Positions 8,550 through 17,598 of a stretch of 36,062 nt of DNA are shown one piece after another. The position numbers were made by a program, and so were the translations under genes. The notes under the pieces are model-generated. The model had not been told where the DNA came from. It did no database searches and saw only the letters and a program-made list of their open reading frames with translations. Numbering within the stretch: position 1 is the stretch's first letter; every line of letters begins with the position of its first letter. The stretch lies in sequence record DRR378314_737. One strand, given 5' to 3'.

Positions 8550-11500
8550 ATGTTCAATAAACTTAATCAGAATTCGCGTGATAAGAAAGCGCACTTCAAG
8601 CGACAATTTTTCCTCGGGGCGGCTTCTGCCCCCATCGCCGTGGTCTTGGCGACGGGGTCCATGCAGGCCTTCGCTCAGGAGGGAGTCGAGCGAGTAGAAG
8701 CCGAGGCTGAGGCGAGCAAGGTCGAGCAGACGATCATCGTTACCGGCTCTCGCATCAAGAACGCAAATCTCGTGTCTCCGAGCCCGGTCACCACGGTTGG
8801 GGCCGATCAGATCCAGGCGCGCGGCACGGTGCGTGTAGAGGATATGCTCAATACGCTTCCGCAAGTCTCGCCATCAGAAGGCGCGGGGCGTGCCAACGAG
8901 GCGGCGGGAACGGCAAATGTCGACTTGCGCGGTCTGGGCGCTGAGCGGACTCTCGTCCTCGTCGACGGACGCCGGATGCCATATGGCTCTCCTGTGTCTG
9001 CTCCTGCAGACCTGAACCAGATCCCGTCAATGCTGGTAGAGCGCGTTGAGGTGCTGACAGGTGGAGCTTCGGCGGTTTATGGCGCGGATGCTGTCGCCGG
9101 TGTTGTGAACTTCATCATGAAGGATGATTTCGAGGGAGTGATGGCCGATGTGCAAATTGGCGCCTTCCAGACTGCAAACAGCAACAATCGGATAGAGCAA
9201 ACGCTGCGAGCTTATGACCAGCCGATTCCGGGGTCAACAATGGATGGTGAGTCCATTGATGTGAATCTTGTATTTGGTTTGAATGGCGATGACGGTCGCG
9301 GCAACATTACTGGTTACTTCAATTGGAAGAAGCAGAATGAAGTCCTGCAGGGAGAGCGCGTCAGCAGTGCGTGTGCTTTGGGCTACAGCAACGACATGTT
9401 TACCTGCGGCGGCTCAGGCACCACCAATCCAGGGCAGTTCACAAGCTTCGGGGGCGGGGACGTCCCATTCTCCTTCACGCTCGCCGAAGGGGGCGGCATT
9501 CGGGATTACAATCCGGACACGGATACCTACAACTATGCGCCATTGAATCACTTTATTCGCCCCAACGAACGATTTTCATTTGGCGCGATGGGGCACTATG
9601 ACCTCACCGATGCGGTTGAGCTTTACGGATCATTCGCTTTCACCAATGATCTCACGACGGCGCAAATTGCACCGGCTGGAAACTTCTTTCAGACCAAGAC
9701 AATCAATTGCGACAATCCGTTCCTGACGGACGAGATGGTCCAGGTGATCTGCCTGAATAATGGGTACAGCCCGACGGCCGCTGACCTCGAAGATCGTGTC
9801 GCCCCCCTTCAGATCGGCCGCCGCAATGTCGAGGGAGGGGGTCGTCAGAACGAAACCGAGCACACATCCTTCAAAGTGCTTGGAGGATTCCGCGGAGACC
9901 TGGGCAGTGCTTGGTCATACGATGTGTACGGTCAGTACTCGAAAGTCATGTACTCCGACAGCGCGGCAAATTTCTTCAATCTGGACAAGGTTGCGAATGC
10001 GCTGGAAGTCAGGATTGATCCGGATACCGGAGCGCCAGCCTGTCAGGTGGCCATTGATGGAACCGATCCGAGCTGTGTCCCGTACAATGTGTTTGAGCTT
10101 GGCGGCGTAACCCAGGAAGCACTGGATTACGTTCAGACCCCGGGCTTCCGGGAAGGCGAGGTGACCCAAGAGATCTACAGCGCCGTGCTGACAGGTGATC
10201 TGACCGAGTATGGCCTGGTGATGCCTTGGGCGGAAACAGGGATTCAAACCGTATTCGGCGCAGAATACCGTGATGAGTATCTCGTGCAGACCAATGACGC
10301 CCTGACCCGCGAAGGCAAGCTCGGCACAGCCCGCGCTGACGTCGAGGGTGGTATCAGCGTGTACGAGTTCTTCACCGAAGTGCAGGTGCCACTGGTCGAA
10401 AGCCGTCCCGGAATCGAGGAGCTTGCGATCAATGGTGCGTATCGTTTCTCTGATTACTATGAGACGACGGGAACCCAAAGCACATACGCGTTGGGTCTGA
10501 CTTACGCGCCGGTTTCCGATTATCGCTTCCGGGCGCAGTATCAGCGCGCGACCCGCTCGCCGAATCCGATTGAACTCTATGCGCCACAATCGCCATTCGA
10601 GTTTACGCTACCGGTGAATGCGAATGGTTTGTATGATCCTTGCGCAGGCGCCAACCCGGCGCGTACGTTTGAAGAATGTGCGCGTACAGGCGTTACCGCC
10701 GCCCAATATGGCAACATAGCTGACAACCCTGCGGCCCAGTTCCGGAATATCAGCGGCGGCAATCCGGATCTCGATGTGGAAAGCTCGGATACTTACACGA
10801 TCGGTATGGTCGCATCTCCCGGCTTCATTCCCGGGCTGAACGTGTCTGTCGACTATTTCAGCATCAAGGTTGAAGACTTCATCGGGAGCGTCCCTGAGGA
10901 GCAGGCGCTCAATCAGTGTCTCACGACCGCAGATGAATTCTTCTGTGGCCTTATCAATCGGGGCTCGAATGGTGAGCTCTGGGCGAGTGAGGATGCGTTC
11001 GTGATTGCCACGAAACTCAATACGGGCTCGCTGGAAACGTCCGGGATTGATGTTTCCGCGAACTATGCCTTCGACATCGGATCGTACGGGTCGCTGCGTG
11101 TGGATTATCTGGCAACCTTCCTGCACTCGCTCGACAAGGAGCCGCTGCCGGGCCTGGATATCATTGAATGTGCGGGGTATTTTGCGTCCACCAATGCATC
11201 TTGCGGCACGTCCAAGCCGGAATACCGGCACAATATCCCGGTGACATGGACGACACCGTGGGGCGATCTGACCGCTCGTGCAACCTGGCGACACATCGGA
11301 TCGGTCGACCTTATCGGATCGACTGCGAGCAATGCCAACACGGTATTGGACGCGCGTGATTATCTCGACCTTTCCCTCCGGGCGACTGTTCGGGATGGTG
11401 TCGGAGTGCGGTTTGGTGTGAACAATGTGTTCGACAAGAACCCGCCGGTCAGCACGAATGTCGGCTCAGCTGGCGGTTCGTTTGGCAACGGAAATACGTT

Positions 11501-11561
11501 CCCACAGGCCTATGACGCACTTGGCCGATACATATTCGCCGGCGTGAACGTCAAATTCTGA
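8550..11561 (+). CDS. TonB-dependent receptor (large, Cys-rich loop type)
   Basis: TIIVTGSRI TonB-box region, LRGLGAERTLVLVDGRR, RVEVLTGGASAVYGADAVAGVVNFI, C-terminal F; ATG 8550 preferred as start. Confidence 0.95.
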   Translation: MFNKLNQNSRDKKAHFKRQFFLGAASAPIAVVLATGSMQAFAQEGVERVEAEAEASKVEQTIIVTGSRIKNANLVSPSPVTTVGADQIQARGTVRVEDMLNTLPQVSPSEGAGRANEAAGTANVDLRGLGAERTLVLVDGRRMPYGSPVSAPADLNQIPSMLVERVEVLTGGASAVYGADAVAGVVNFIMKDDFEGVMADVQIGAFQTANSNNRIEQTLRAYDQPIPGSTMDGESIDVNLVFGLNGDDGRGNITGYFNWKKQNEVLQGERVSSACALGYSNDMFTCGGSGTTNPGQFTSFGGGDVPFSFTLAEGGGIRDYNPDTDTYNYAPLNHFIRPNERFSFGAMGHYDLTDAVELYGSFAFTNDLTTAQIAPAGNFFQTKTINCDNPFLTDEMVQVICLNNGYSPTAADLEDRVAPLQIGRRNVEGGGRQNETEHTSFKVLGGFRGDLGSAWSYDVYGQYSKVMYSDSAANFFNLDKVANALEVRIDPDTGAPACQVAIDGTDPSCVPYNVFELGGVTQEALDYVQTPGFREGEVTQEIYSAVLTGDLTEYGLVMPWAETGIQTVFGAEYRDEYLVQTNDALTREGKLGTARADVEGGISVYEFFTEVQVPLVESRPGIEELAINGAYRFSDYYETTGTQSTYALGLTYAPVSDYRFRAQYQRATRSPNPIELYAPQSPFEFTLPVNANGLYDPCAGANPARTFEECARTGVTAAQYGNIADNPAAQFRNISGGNPDLDVESSDTYTIGMVASPGFIPGLNVSVDYFSIKVEDFIGSVPEEQALNQCLTTADEFFCGLINRGSNGELWASEDAFVIATKLNTGSLETSGIDVSANYAFDIGSYGSLRVDYLATFLHSLDKEPLPGLDIIECAGYFASTNASCGTSKPEYRHNIPVTWTTPWGDLTARATWRHIGSVDLIGSTASNANTVLDARDYLDLSLRATVRDGVGVRFGVNNVFDKNPPVSTNVGSAGGSFGNGNTFPQAYDALGRYIFAGVNVKF

Positions 11562-11587
11562 TGCTGGCGGCGGGCTGAATTGAATCG

Positions 11588-11616
11588 GGTGAGGGCGCGA
11601 TGTTCGGGCCCTCACC
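11588..11616 (+). terminator. GC-rich hairpin after TBDR
   Basis: GGTGAGGGC...GCCCTCACC stem; weak U-tract. Confidence 0.55.
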
Positions 11617-11807
11617 TTCATCGCGTCCTGGTTCCAGCTCTGAGCCAAATCGGGAAGGTATTAAATCCGGCGCGCACAAATCGCATCTGATGCGGCAGAA
11701 TTGTTTGCAATATCAGTGACATATTTTAGTCTTTAACCGTTGAGGCGTAACCTTCGCTGCGCGCCAACACTAATTTGCCATCGGGTTCAGGTGGGGAGGG
11801 AGGCATC

Positions 11808-12608
11808 GTGCCGGAAAATATGGAAGAGCATGTCGAGGATAGTGACCGCGACTATGTGGCGACCCTTGCGCGGGGCCTGGACGTAATCTGCGCCTTCACG
11901 CGTTACACCCCTAAGATGACTCTCAGCGATGTGGCGAACGCGACCGGCATGACGCGGGCCTCAGCGCGGCGGATATTGCTGACGCTTGTAAAGGAGGGGT
12001 ATGCGGAGAAAACGGACCGGGTATTCTCGCTTCGCCCCAAAGTGCTGCAACTCGGATACTCCGCACTATCATCAGTCGGGATTCTGGATGTGGTGCAGCC
12101 GGTCATGAATGAGCTGACGCAATCCACTCAGGAATCCATCTTTGCGGCAGTGCTGACCGGGGATGATGTCACCTATCTTGCCAGGTCCACGCCGGACCGG
12201 GTGATGTCGGTCAGTTACAATATTGGAAAGCGCTTGCCGGCCTATGCTGTCTCCACCGGCCGTGTGCTGCTTGCATACGAGCCAGAAGAAGCGCTCGAGC
12301 AATATCTTGCGCGCGTAGACCTGCAGCAATTCCAATCAAAGACGGTGGTGTCAAAAGTCAAACTTCGGGAAATTATCCACGAGACTCGGCAACTTGGATA
12401 CTCCCTCGTCGATGAAGAATTGGAGCCGGGTGTCCGATCGCTTTCAGTGCCAATACGCGATGTGAACAATCGCGTCATTGCAGCGCTGAATGCGTGTTGT
12501 CCGTCTGTCCGGTTCAGTGTGGATGAAATGCGTAGTCAACTGGTTCCGAAACTTCTGGAGTCTGTTGCGAGGATCAATCGATCGTTTGTAAACGGAGCAA
12601 GTTCCTGA
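11808..12608 (+). CDS. IclR-family regulator, PcaR/PobR-like
   Basis: DYVATLARGLDVI..MTLSDVANATGMTRASARRILLTL HTH; GKRLPAYAVSTGRVLLA; DEELEPGVRSLSVP; GTG start after GGAGG. Confidence 0.92.
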   Translation: MPENMEEHVEDSDRDYVATLARGLDVICAFTRYTPKMTLSDVANATGMTRASARRILLTLVKEGYAEKTDRVFSLRPKVLQLGYSALSSVGILDVVQPVMNELTQSTQESIFAAVLTGDDVTYLARSTPDRVMSVSYNIGKRLPAYAVSTGRVLLAYEPEEALEQYLARVDLQQFQSKTVVSKVKLREIIHETRQLGYSLVDEELEPGVRSLSVPIRDVNNRVIAALNACCPSVRFSVDEMRSQLVPKLLESVARINRSFVNGASS

Positions 12609-12786
12609 CGCTATGCGAAGCTGGCGAATGCACGCTGCCGTTCCTCGCTCGCCATTCCGGCCGGGAAGCCTGACGATTGTACGGCTGAAGTGATCACTCG
12701 ATCAGGCTGGCAGACAAAGGCATAAGGATACCTGGATCATTTCAGAAAAAATGCTCCGCCAGAAAAACGCCAGCGGAACACAATAA

Positions 12787-14010
12787 TTACCTCAGTTCGC
12801 GGGTCAGCGTCTGATTGAAGGGGCCGGTGGTGCCCCGCCGCTCGAAGTAGGATGCGGCCATCAAAATGGCGACGCCCAACAAGGCGGAAAGCAGAGACCC
12901 GCCGAGAACCCCGAGGCGCACCTGATCGAGCAAGGCGGCGTCGCTGAAGGCGAGGGTTCCGATGAACAAGCTCATCGTGAAACCGATGCCTGTCAGACAG
13001 GCTATGCCATATATATGGGCCCAGTTGGCGCCTGCAGGTCGTTTGGCAAGACCGGCTTTGACCGCCAGAAACGTCGCACCGAAAACTCCCAATTGCTTGC
13101 CGAGAACGAGACCCGCCGCGATGCCAAGAGGCAGGGGGGCAAGGAAGTCACTAAGCGATACGCCTGCCAGCGAGACCCCCGCATTCGCGAAAGCAAACAG
13201 CGGCAGGATGCCGAACGCGACCCATGGGTGCAGCCCGTGTTCGATTCTGTGCAACGGCGATTGCGACTGCGCGTGATGACCTTTGATCGGGATTGCAAGC
13301 GCTGTCACCACACCTGCAAGCGTCGCATGCACTCCGGATTTCAGGACACACACCCAAACAAAGAGGCCGATCAGGACATAGGGGGTGATCGCCTTCACAC
13401 CCATTCTGTTGAGCGCGATCAATCCTCCGATGCCGAGCCCTGCCAGAGAAAGTGCTGTGAGGGAAAGATCTGCCGTGTAAAACAGGGCGATGATCGCGAT
13501 CGCTCCAAGGTCGTCAATGATGGCTATGGCAAGCAGGAACACTTTCAGCGAGGCGGGGACCCTGCTTCCAAGCAGGAGGAGGACGCCGAGCGCGAAGGCG
13601 ATATCGGTGGCCGCCGGAATGGCCCATCCATTGAGCGTGGCGGGGGAGGACGCATTTATGGCAACAAATACAAGCGCCGGACCGGCCATGCCCCCGATCG
13701 CCGCCATCACGGGCAAGGTCGCCTCGTAGAGACTGGAAAGTTCTCCCTGCAGGATTTCCCGCTTAATCTCCAAGCCTATCAGGAAAAAGAAGATGGCCAT
13801 CAAACCATCGTTTACCCAGAGGATCAGAGGTTTGGCAATTTCGAGTGCGCCAATTTTCACTTCGACAGCTGTCGAGAAGAGGCTGAGATAGGCGTGCTGC
13901 AGCAATGAATTGCTTGCGATCAGCGCTAGGAGCGCAGCAAGCATAAGCAAGATTCCCGCCGAAGATTCGAGGCGAAGAAAGGTCTGTATACGCGATACAA
14001 TCAAGGGCAT
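12787..14010 (-). CDS. nhaA: Na+/H+ antiporter NhaA
   Basis: WVNDGLMAIFFFLIGLEIKRE, GWAIPAATDIAF, IIDD, KSGVHATLAG, GIGFTMSLFI; ATG 14010 after GGAG. Confidence 0.96.
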   Translation of the reverse strand: MPLIVSRIQTFLRLESSAGILLMLAALLALIASNSLLQHAYLSLFSTAVEVKIGALEIAKPLILWVNDGLMAIFFFLIGLEIKREILQGELSSLYEATLPVMAAIGGMAGPALVFVAINASSPATLNGWAIPAATDIAFALGVLLLLGSRVPASLKVFLLAIAIIDDLGAIAIIALFYTADLSLTALSLAGLGIGGLIALNRMGVKAITPYVLIGLFVWVCVLKSGVHATLAGVVTALAIPIKGHHAQSQSPLHRIEHGLHPWVAFGILPLFAFANAGVSLAGVSLSDFLAPLPLGIAAGLVLGKQLGVFGATFLAVKAGLAKRPAGANWAHIYGIACLTGIGFTMSLFIGTLAFSDAALLDQVRLGVLGGSLLSALLGVAILMAASYFERRGTTGPFNQTLTRELR

Positions 14011-14026
14011 CTGGGTCTCCCGAGTC

Positions 14027-14227
14027 CTAGAGATCAAAATCAAGGATGTTGCGTGCCCGCTCGCGTGGCCAGCCGGCGGGTTCGGGGCTGTGAGACGAAG
14101 CGGTGACCGGCCGGGATGGAGGCGGCAAGCGCGTCTCCTCGTGACTCGCTCGATCTGACATACGGGACGTTCTATCTGTCTGCGAAATCTCGTATAAATG
14201 TTCGAAGAGCTCGAAAATCCAGTTCAT
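14027..14227 (-). CDS. small hypothetical protein (66 aa) upstream of nhaA
   Basis: AAAGGA upstream of the ATG; fills the gap between the 165-aa ORF and nhaA with 16-bp spacers on each side. Confidence 0.5.
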   Translation of the reverse strand: MNWIFELFEHLYEISQTDRTSRMSDRASHEETRLPPPSRPVTASSHSPEPAGWPRERARNILDFDL

Positions 14228-14243
14228 GGGTGTGCGGGTCCTT

Positions 14244-14741
14244 TCAGAAATTGTGGATGCTGGGAGGGAGGAGGCGGTTCAGGGTTGATCGGCTGGGATC
14301 GGCCTGGCCCGTAACCCGGTCAGGCGGCCTGTGCAGGCGTGTCCGGAGCCGAACAAGGAGGATCTCCGGCTCGATCCAGTCCATTAGCTGGTTCAGGAGG
14401 CGTTTTGCATTGGCGATCAATCGATCGCGATCATTCAGCGGGCCGGAGTAGCGAAGCCGGCATAGCTGCCATTTTGTGCCATGCTCATCGACGAGCTCGA
14501 TCGGTATGTCCGTTACCTCGATCGGGGCCCATTCAATGAGAGCATCGACGTAGAAAACCAGCGCCTCCACGGATCGGTGCCATTTGGCCACCAGCACAAA
14601 TTCGTCCGCGGACTGAGGCTCCAGGAAGAAAGACCTGCGAGCACCCGACGCAAGACCATTCCGGGCTTGCGACAAGTCTTGCGTACTGTCCGATTGCGCG
14701 TCGCCAATCCTGGACGCAGGCCGGTTGAGGGGGTGAGACAT
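14244..14741 (-). CDS. hypothetical protein (165 aa), first gene of putative nhaA operon
   Basis: GGGAG RBS, co-oriented with nhaA, downstream of a LysR box; no family recognised. Confidence 0.6.
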   Translation of the reverse strand: MSHPLNRPASRIGDAQSDSTQDLSQARNGLASGARRSFFLEPQSADEFVLVAKWHRSVEALVFYVDALIEWAPIEVTDIPIELVDEHGTKWQLCRLRYSGPLNDRDRLIANAKRLLNQLMDWIEPEILLVRLRTRLHRPPDRVTGQADPSRSTLNRLLPPSIHNF

Positions 14742-14800
14742 TGAAAGCTCCCTGGGTGGTGATCTTTCAATGCATGTGGGAAGAGTGTTTCTTTTGTGAA

Positions 14801-14837
14801 ATCGAAAAACAAACTGAAAATGATAGGTTTAGGCTAT
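14801..14837. promoter_or_regulatory. OxyR-type LysR site upstream of orf165-orf66-nhaA
   Basis: ATCG-N7-AACT-N7-ATAG-N7-CTAT; perfect ATAG-N7-CTAT at 14823-14837. Confidence 0.6.
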
Positions 14838-14843
14838 AAAATT

Positions 14844-15761
14844 CTAGTTTCTCCGTCCGAGGAGGATCGTGGACGCTGCCTTCTTGAACTCTTCCGCCAG
14901 CCGGGGCAGGCGATCCGCCAGAGGTGAGGTTTGCCGCCAGATGAGCGAAATTTCCCGCCGGGCAAGCGGGTCATCAATGCGGCGCACAACGAGGTCCGGA
15001 TCACGGCGGGCTTCGGTCATGGCGTACAGGCTGGGAAACACCGCGACACCTGCCCCCATTTCGGCCATCTGACGAATGGCGTCGAGGCTCGTGCCTTCAT
15101 ACTCCGCGCTGACATGCGCCCCCGACGCTTCGGCGATGGATTGAATGGTCAGATTGAGGCGGTGGCCATAACCGAGTGTCAGAAGGGCGCGACCTGACAA
15201 ATCTGTCAATCTGACATCGCCGGCTGATTGGGCGAGCGGGTCGTCCGGTGCGGCACAAATCCAGAGGGATTCCTCGAAAAGCGGCATATGATCCGCGTCT
15301 GAATGGTCTTCAACGGATGAAATGACGGTATCCAGCCGTCCGTCATGCAGGTGAGCCTCCAGATCGATGGTGCGCTCTTCACGGACTGAAAGTCTCAAGT
15401 CCGGGTATTCGACGTGGAGCTGGCGTGTCACCGCAGGCAGAAGATATGGGCCGACGGTCGGAAGAACCCCCAGGCGCACGCGGCCAGCAAGAGAGGCGCC
15501 ACCCGACTGAAGAAACGCTTTCATGTCTTCGACGTCCCGCAGCACACGACGGGCTCTTTTGACGGCTTCCTCTCCGAGGGGAGTCAGAAACGCGCCGTGC
15601 CGGCCTCGTTCTACCAGGGTCGTCCCCAGTTGAGTTTCCATATCGGCGATCTGGGCTGACAAGGAGGGCTGGCTGACATTTGCCCGTTTGGCGGCGTCTC
15701 CGAATTTGCCTGTCTCGGCTATGGCGACGAGGTATTGCATCTGTCTCAGGGTCGGCCGCAT
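14844..15761 (-). CDS. LysR-family regulator, OxyR-like
   Basis: TLRQMQYLVAIAETGKFGDAAKRANVSQPSLSAQI HTH; LGVLPTVGPYLLP; EGTSLDAIRQM. Confidence 0.92.
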   Translation of the reverse strand: MRPTLRQMQYLVAIAETGKFGDAAKRANVSQPSLSAQIADMETQLGTTLVERGRHGAFLTPLGEEAVKRARRVLRDVEDMKAFLQSGGASLAGRVRLGVLPTVGPYLLPAVTRQLHVEYPDLRLSVREERTIDLEAHLHDGRLDTVISSVEDHSDADHMPLFEESLWICAAPDDPLAQSAGDVRLTDLSGRALLTLGYGHRLNLTIQSIAEASGAHVSAEYEGTSLDAIRQMAEMGAGVAVFPSLYAMTEARRDPDLVVRRIDDPLARREISLIWRQTSPLADRLPRLAEEFKKAASTILLGRRN

Positions 15762-15766
15762 TTATT

Positions 15767-15803
15767 ATAGCCTCCAGCTATAGAAAAGAAAGAAAAATAC
15801 GTT
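15767..15803. promoter_or_regulatory. OxyR-type LysR site in lysR leader (autoregulatory/divergent)
   Basis: ATAG-cctccag-CTAT (15767-15781) then N7-AAAG-N7-CGTT. Confidence 0.62.
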
Positions 15804-16372
15804 TTGAATTATGTGGTGCTCAGATCGATTTACAAGAGGCCGGAAGGGTCCGGCTTAGAGAATGGAGCACCAGATGAGACAGATTTATGGTTCGAAAACC
15901 ACAGACTCAGACAATGGGGCGGTACGGTCCCATTTGGAAAAAGACGTCCGCCCCTTGCTTCGCCGGCAGTGGCGGAAGCGTCGACTGAAGCGTTATGCAA
16001 TGTTGCGAGACATATAGAGTGGGGGGCGAATTTCCGGAATGCGTCGCCCGAAAGGCGGTCTGAATTTGAGGGTGCCAGTTTCTGCTGCCTCGGCTGTGCA
16101 GGTTGATCGTCTCCCAGTGAGGGATGGTCAGCCTGTTGGCGGAGACGACAATGCGACGTTCAATAAGGAAGTGCGCGATGATCAAGACCGAGCCTTGGAA
16201 TAACCAGTTCCATGGCGCTTTCGGCCTTTGTCGCTTCAGATGACGGCTACGATCTCGCTCGTCCGTCTGGCGAAATGACTCATAGATGCATCGGGTGACG
16301 CGGTTCAGAGATGACTGTATAGATATGCTGGGGCGTGAATAAGCCGCGTCGAACTCAACTTGCAGGAAAGGA

Positions 16373-16421
16373 TTGCACTACAGTTTGCACTACAAATCGC
16401 AAACTTTTTGCACGACAAACG
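16373..16421 (+). repeat. putative integrase arm-binding block, right (TTGCACKACA x3)
   Basis: ttgcactaca, ttgcactacaaa, ttgcacgacaaac; direct repeat of 128-163, about 60 bp before the distal att. Confidence 0.7.
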
Positions 16422-16479
16422 AAAATTTCAACGCTTTAATACGTTGAAAGTATTGATATTAGTGATTTTGGGTTAGGCG

Positions 16480-16508
16480 CGTCACTCGCGCCATTTCTCT
16501 TCAGATGG
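16480..16508 (+). repeat. att core, distal copy (displaced tRNA 3' end)
   Basis: Identical to 26-54. Confidence 0.93.
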
Positions 16509-16586
16509 ACATCGATTAAAATATTGAAATCAAGCCGAATTTTCGGGTCCGTTTGCGTTTCTTTGCATAAAATAGCCGGAATCTGT

Positions 16587-16619
16587 GGACCAAAATGGGA
16601 CCAAAATGGGACCAGATTG
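16587..16619 (+). repeat. three tandem 11-bp repeats, putative arm sites of island 2
   Basis: GGACCAAAATG GGACCAAAATG GGACCAGATTG between att and the second integrase stub. Confidence 0.65.
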
Positions 16620-16638
16620 TGGGCCAATGGGCGGCGTC

Positions 16639-16860
16639 ATGAAGCGCGTCGTAGGCATTTCTTACCTTGAACAGAGAGGCCGGGTCTGGCGGTATGATCG
16701 CCGGGTTCCGAGAAAGTTCGCACACCTCAATACCTGCAAACAGATCAACGAATCGCTCGGCACGACCTCGCTTGAGCAAGCGCGTTCATTTTTTGGTGTG
16801 GCAAGACAAGAAACTGGTGCGGCTTGTTTTATCCGGCTGGAAGGTTATCGTCAGATGTGA
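16639..16860 (+). pseudogene. second truncated integrase, DUF6538-like N-terminus
   Basis: YLEQRGRVWRYDRRVPRKFAHL...INESLGTTSLEQAR, same pattern as 167-448; similarity ends near 16785. Confidence 0.75.
16827..16846 (-). promoter_or_regulatory. putative TetR operator (autoregulatory)
   Basis: Reverse strand aaccttccagccggataaaa, 15/20 to the site before the TBDR. Confidence 0.4.
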
Positions 16861-16911
16861 CATCTGCTGCGCAACCGCAGCGCAGGTTAAGACAGAGGTT
16901 GGTTGGGGCCG

Positions 16912-17598
16912 ATGAAACAGACCAAAACGAGAAAACCCGTACAGGCGCGCGCCGAGGCGACCCGCGCCCGTATTCTTGATGTCGCACGGAAGCATTTTGC
17001 CGAGCGTGGGTTCGACGCAGCCAACACGCGCGATATCGCCCAAGCGGCCGAAGTTTCACACGCCATGATCCGTTATCACTTCACCAATAAGGATAATCTT
17101 TGGCGCGAGGCCATGCGCGACATGTATGAACGGCTCTGGAACGAGGTTGGTCTCCGTGAGGAGAACGAAATAGACCTGATGACCATGGATGGATTCAGGG
17201 AATTCCTGCGCCGGTACATTCACTATGCGGCCCGTCACCCGGAATACGCACGCATCATGATAAGCGAATCCGTAAAAGGCGGAGACCGATTGCAGTGGAT
17301 GGCAGAGCACTTCATTCGCCCGGCACATGCGCGTTATGCCGAGCCGATTCGCCATCACATGCAGACAGGCGATCTGCCCAAGGTCTGGCCAGTATCCATC
17401 ATCATGATCGTCGCCGCAATTTGCCAGATGCCCTTCGTGCTGGCTGGTGAGGTCGAGGAAATTTACGGCGTAGACATGGCCTCCGAAGCGGCGATCGAAG
17501 CCCATATCGATTCCGTCTTCGCGTTCCTGTTTCGCGATCCTTCACGGGTTAGAAGCGACTGGCCTGCCATGACCAAGACGGTCACCAAGACCAGCTAG
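16912..17598 (+). CDS. TetR/AcrR-family regulator
   Basis: RARILDVARKHFAERGFDAANTRDIAQAAEVSHAMIRYHFTNKDNLW HTH. Confidence 0.93.
   Translation: MKQTKTRKPVQARAEATRARILDVARKHFAERGFDAANTRDIAQAAEVSHAMIRYHFTNKDNLWREAMRDMYERLWNEVGLREENEIDLMTMDGFREFLRRYIHYAARHPEYARIMISESVKGGDRLQWMAEHFIRPAHARYAEPIRHHMQTGDLPKVWPVSIIMIVAAICQMPFVLAGEVEEIYGVDMASEAAIEAHIDSVFAFLFRDPSRVRSDWPAMTKTVTKTS

Larger units (their letters stand above)
26..16508. mobile_element. tRNA-integrated genomic island 1 (~16.4 kb), integrase truncated
   Basis: Bounded by the 29-bp tRNA-3'-end direct repeat, with matching internal arm-like repeats at both ends and an integrase N-terminal stub next to the tRNA. Confidence 0.88.

Noticed and set aside
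11808-12608. Naming the IclR pcaR or pobR
   Set aside because: Subfamily resemblance only; no pca/pob catabolic genes in the window
14011-14243. Li+/Na+ riboswitch (nhaA-I/II motif) upstream of nhaA
   Set aside because: Could not recognise the conserved motif by eye and the space is filled by a plausible ORF; an Rfam/Infernal scan would be decisive
14844-15761. Naming the LysR oxyR
   Set aside because: Peroxidatic Cys motif absent (GHRL) and no kat/ahp genes nearby
15804-16185. ORFs 15804-16106 (+) and 15907-16185 (-)
   Set aside because: No clear RBS or recognisable motifs; probably decayed or non-coding
16587-16619. CRISPR or iteron interpretation of short tandem repeats
   Set aside because: 11-bp units without spacers; no cas or rep gene
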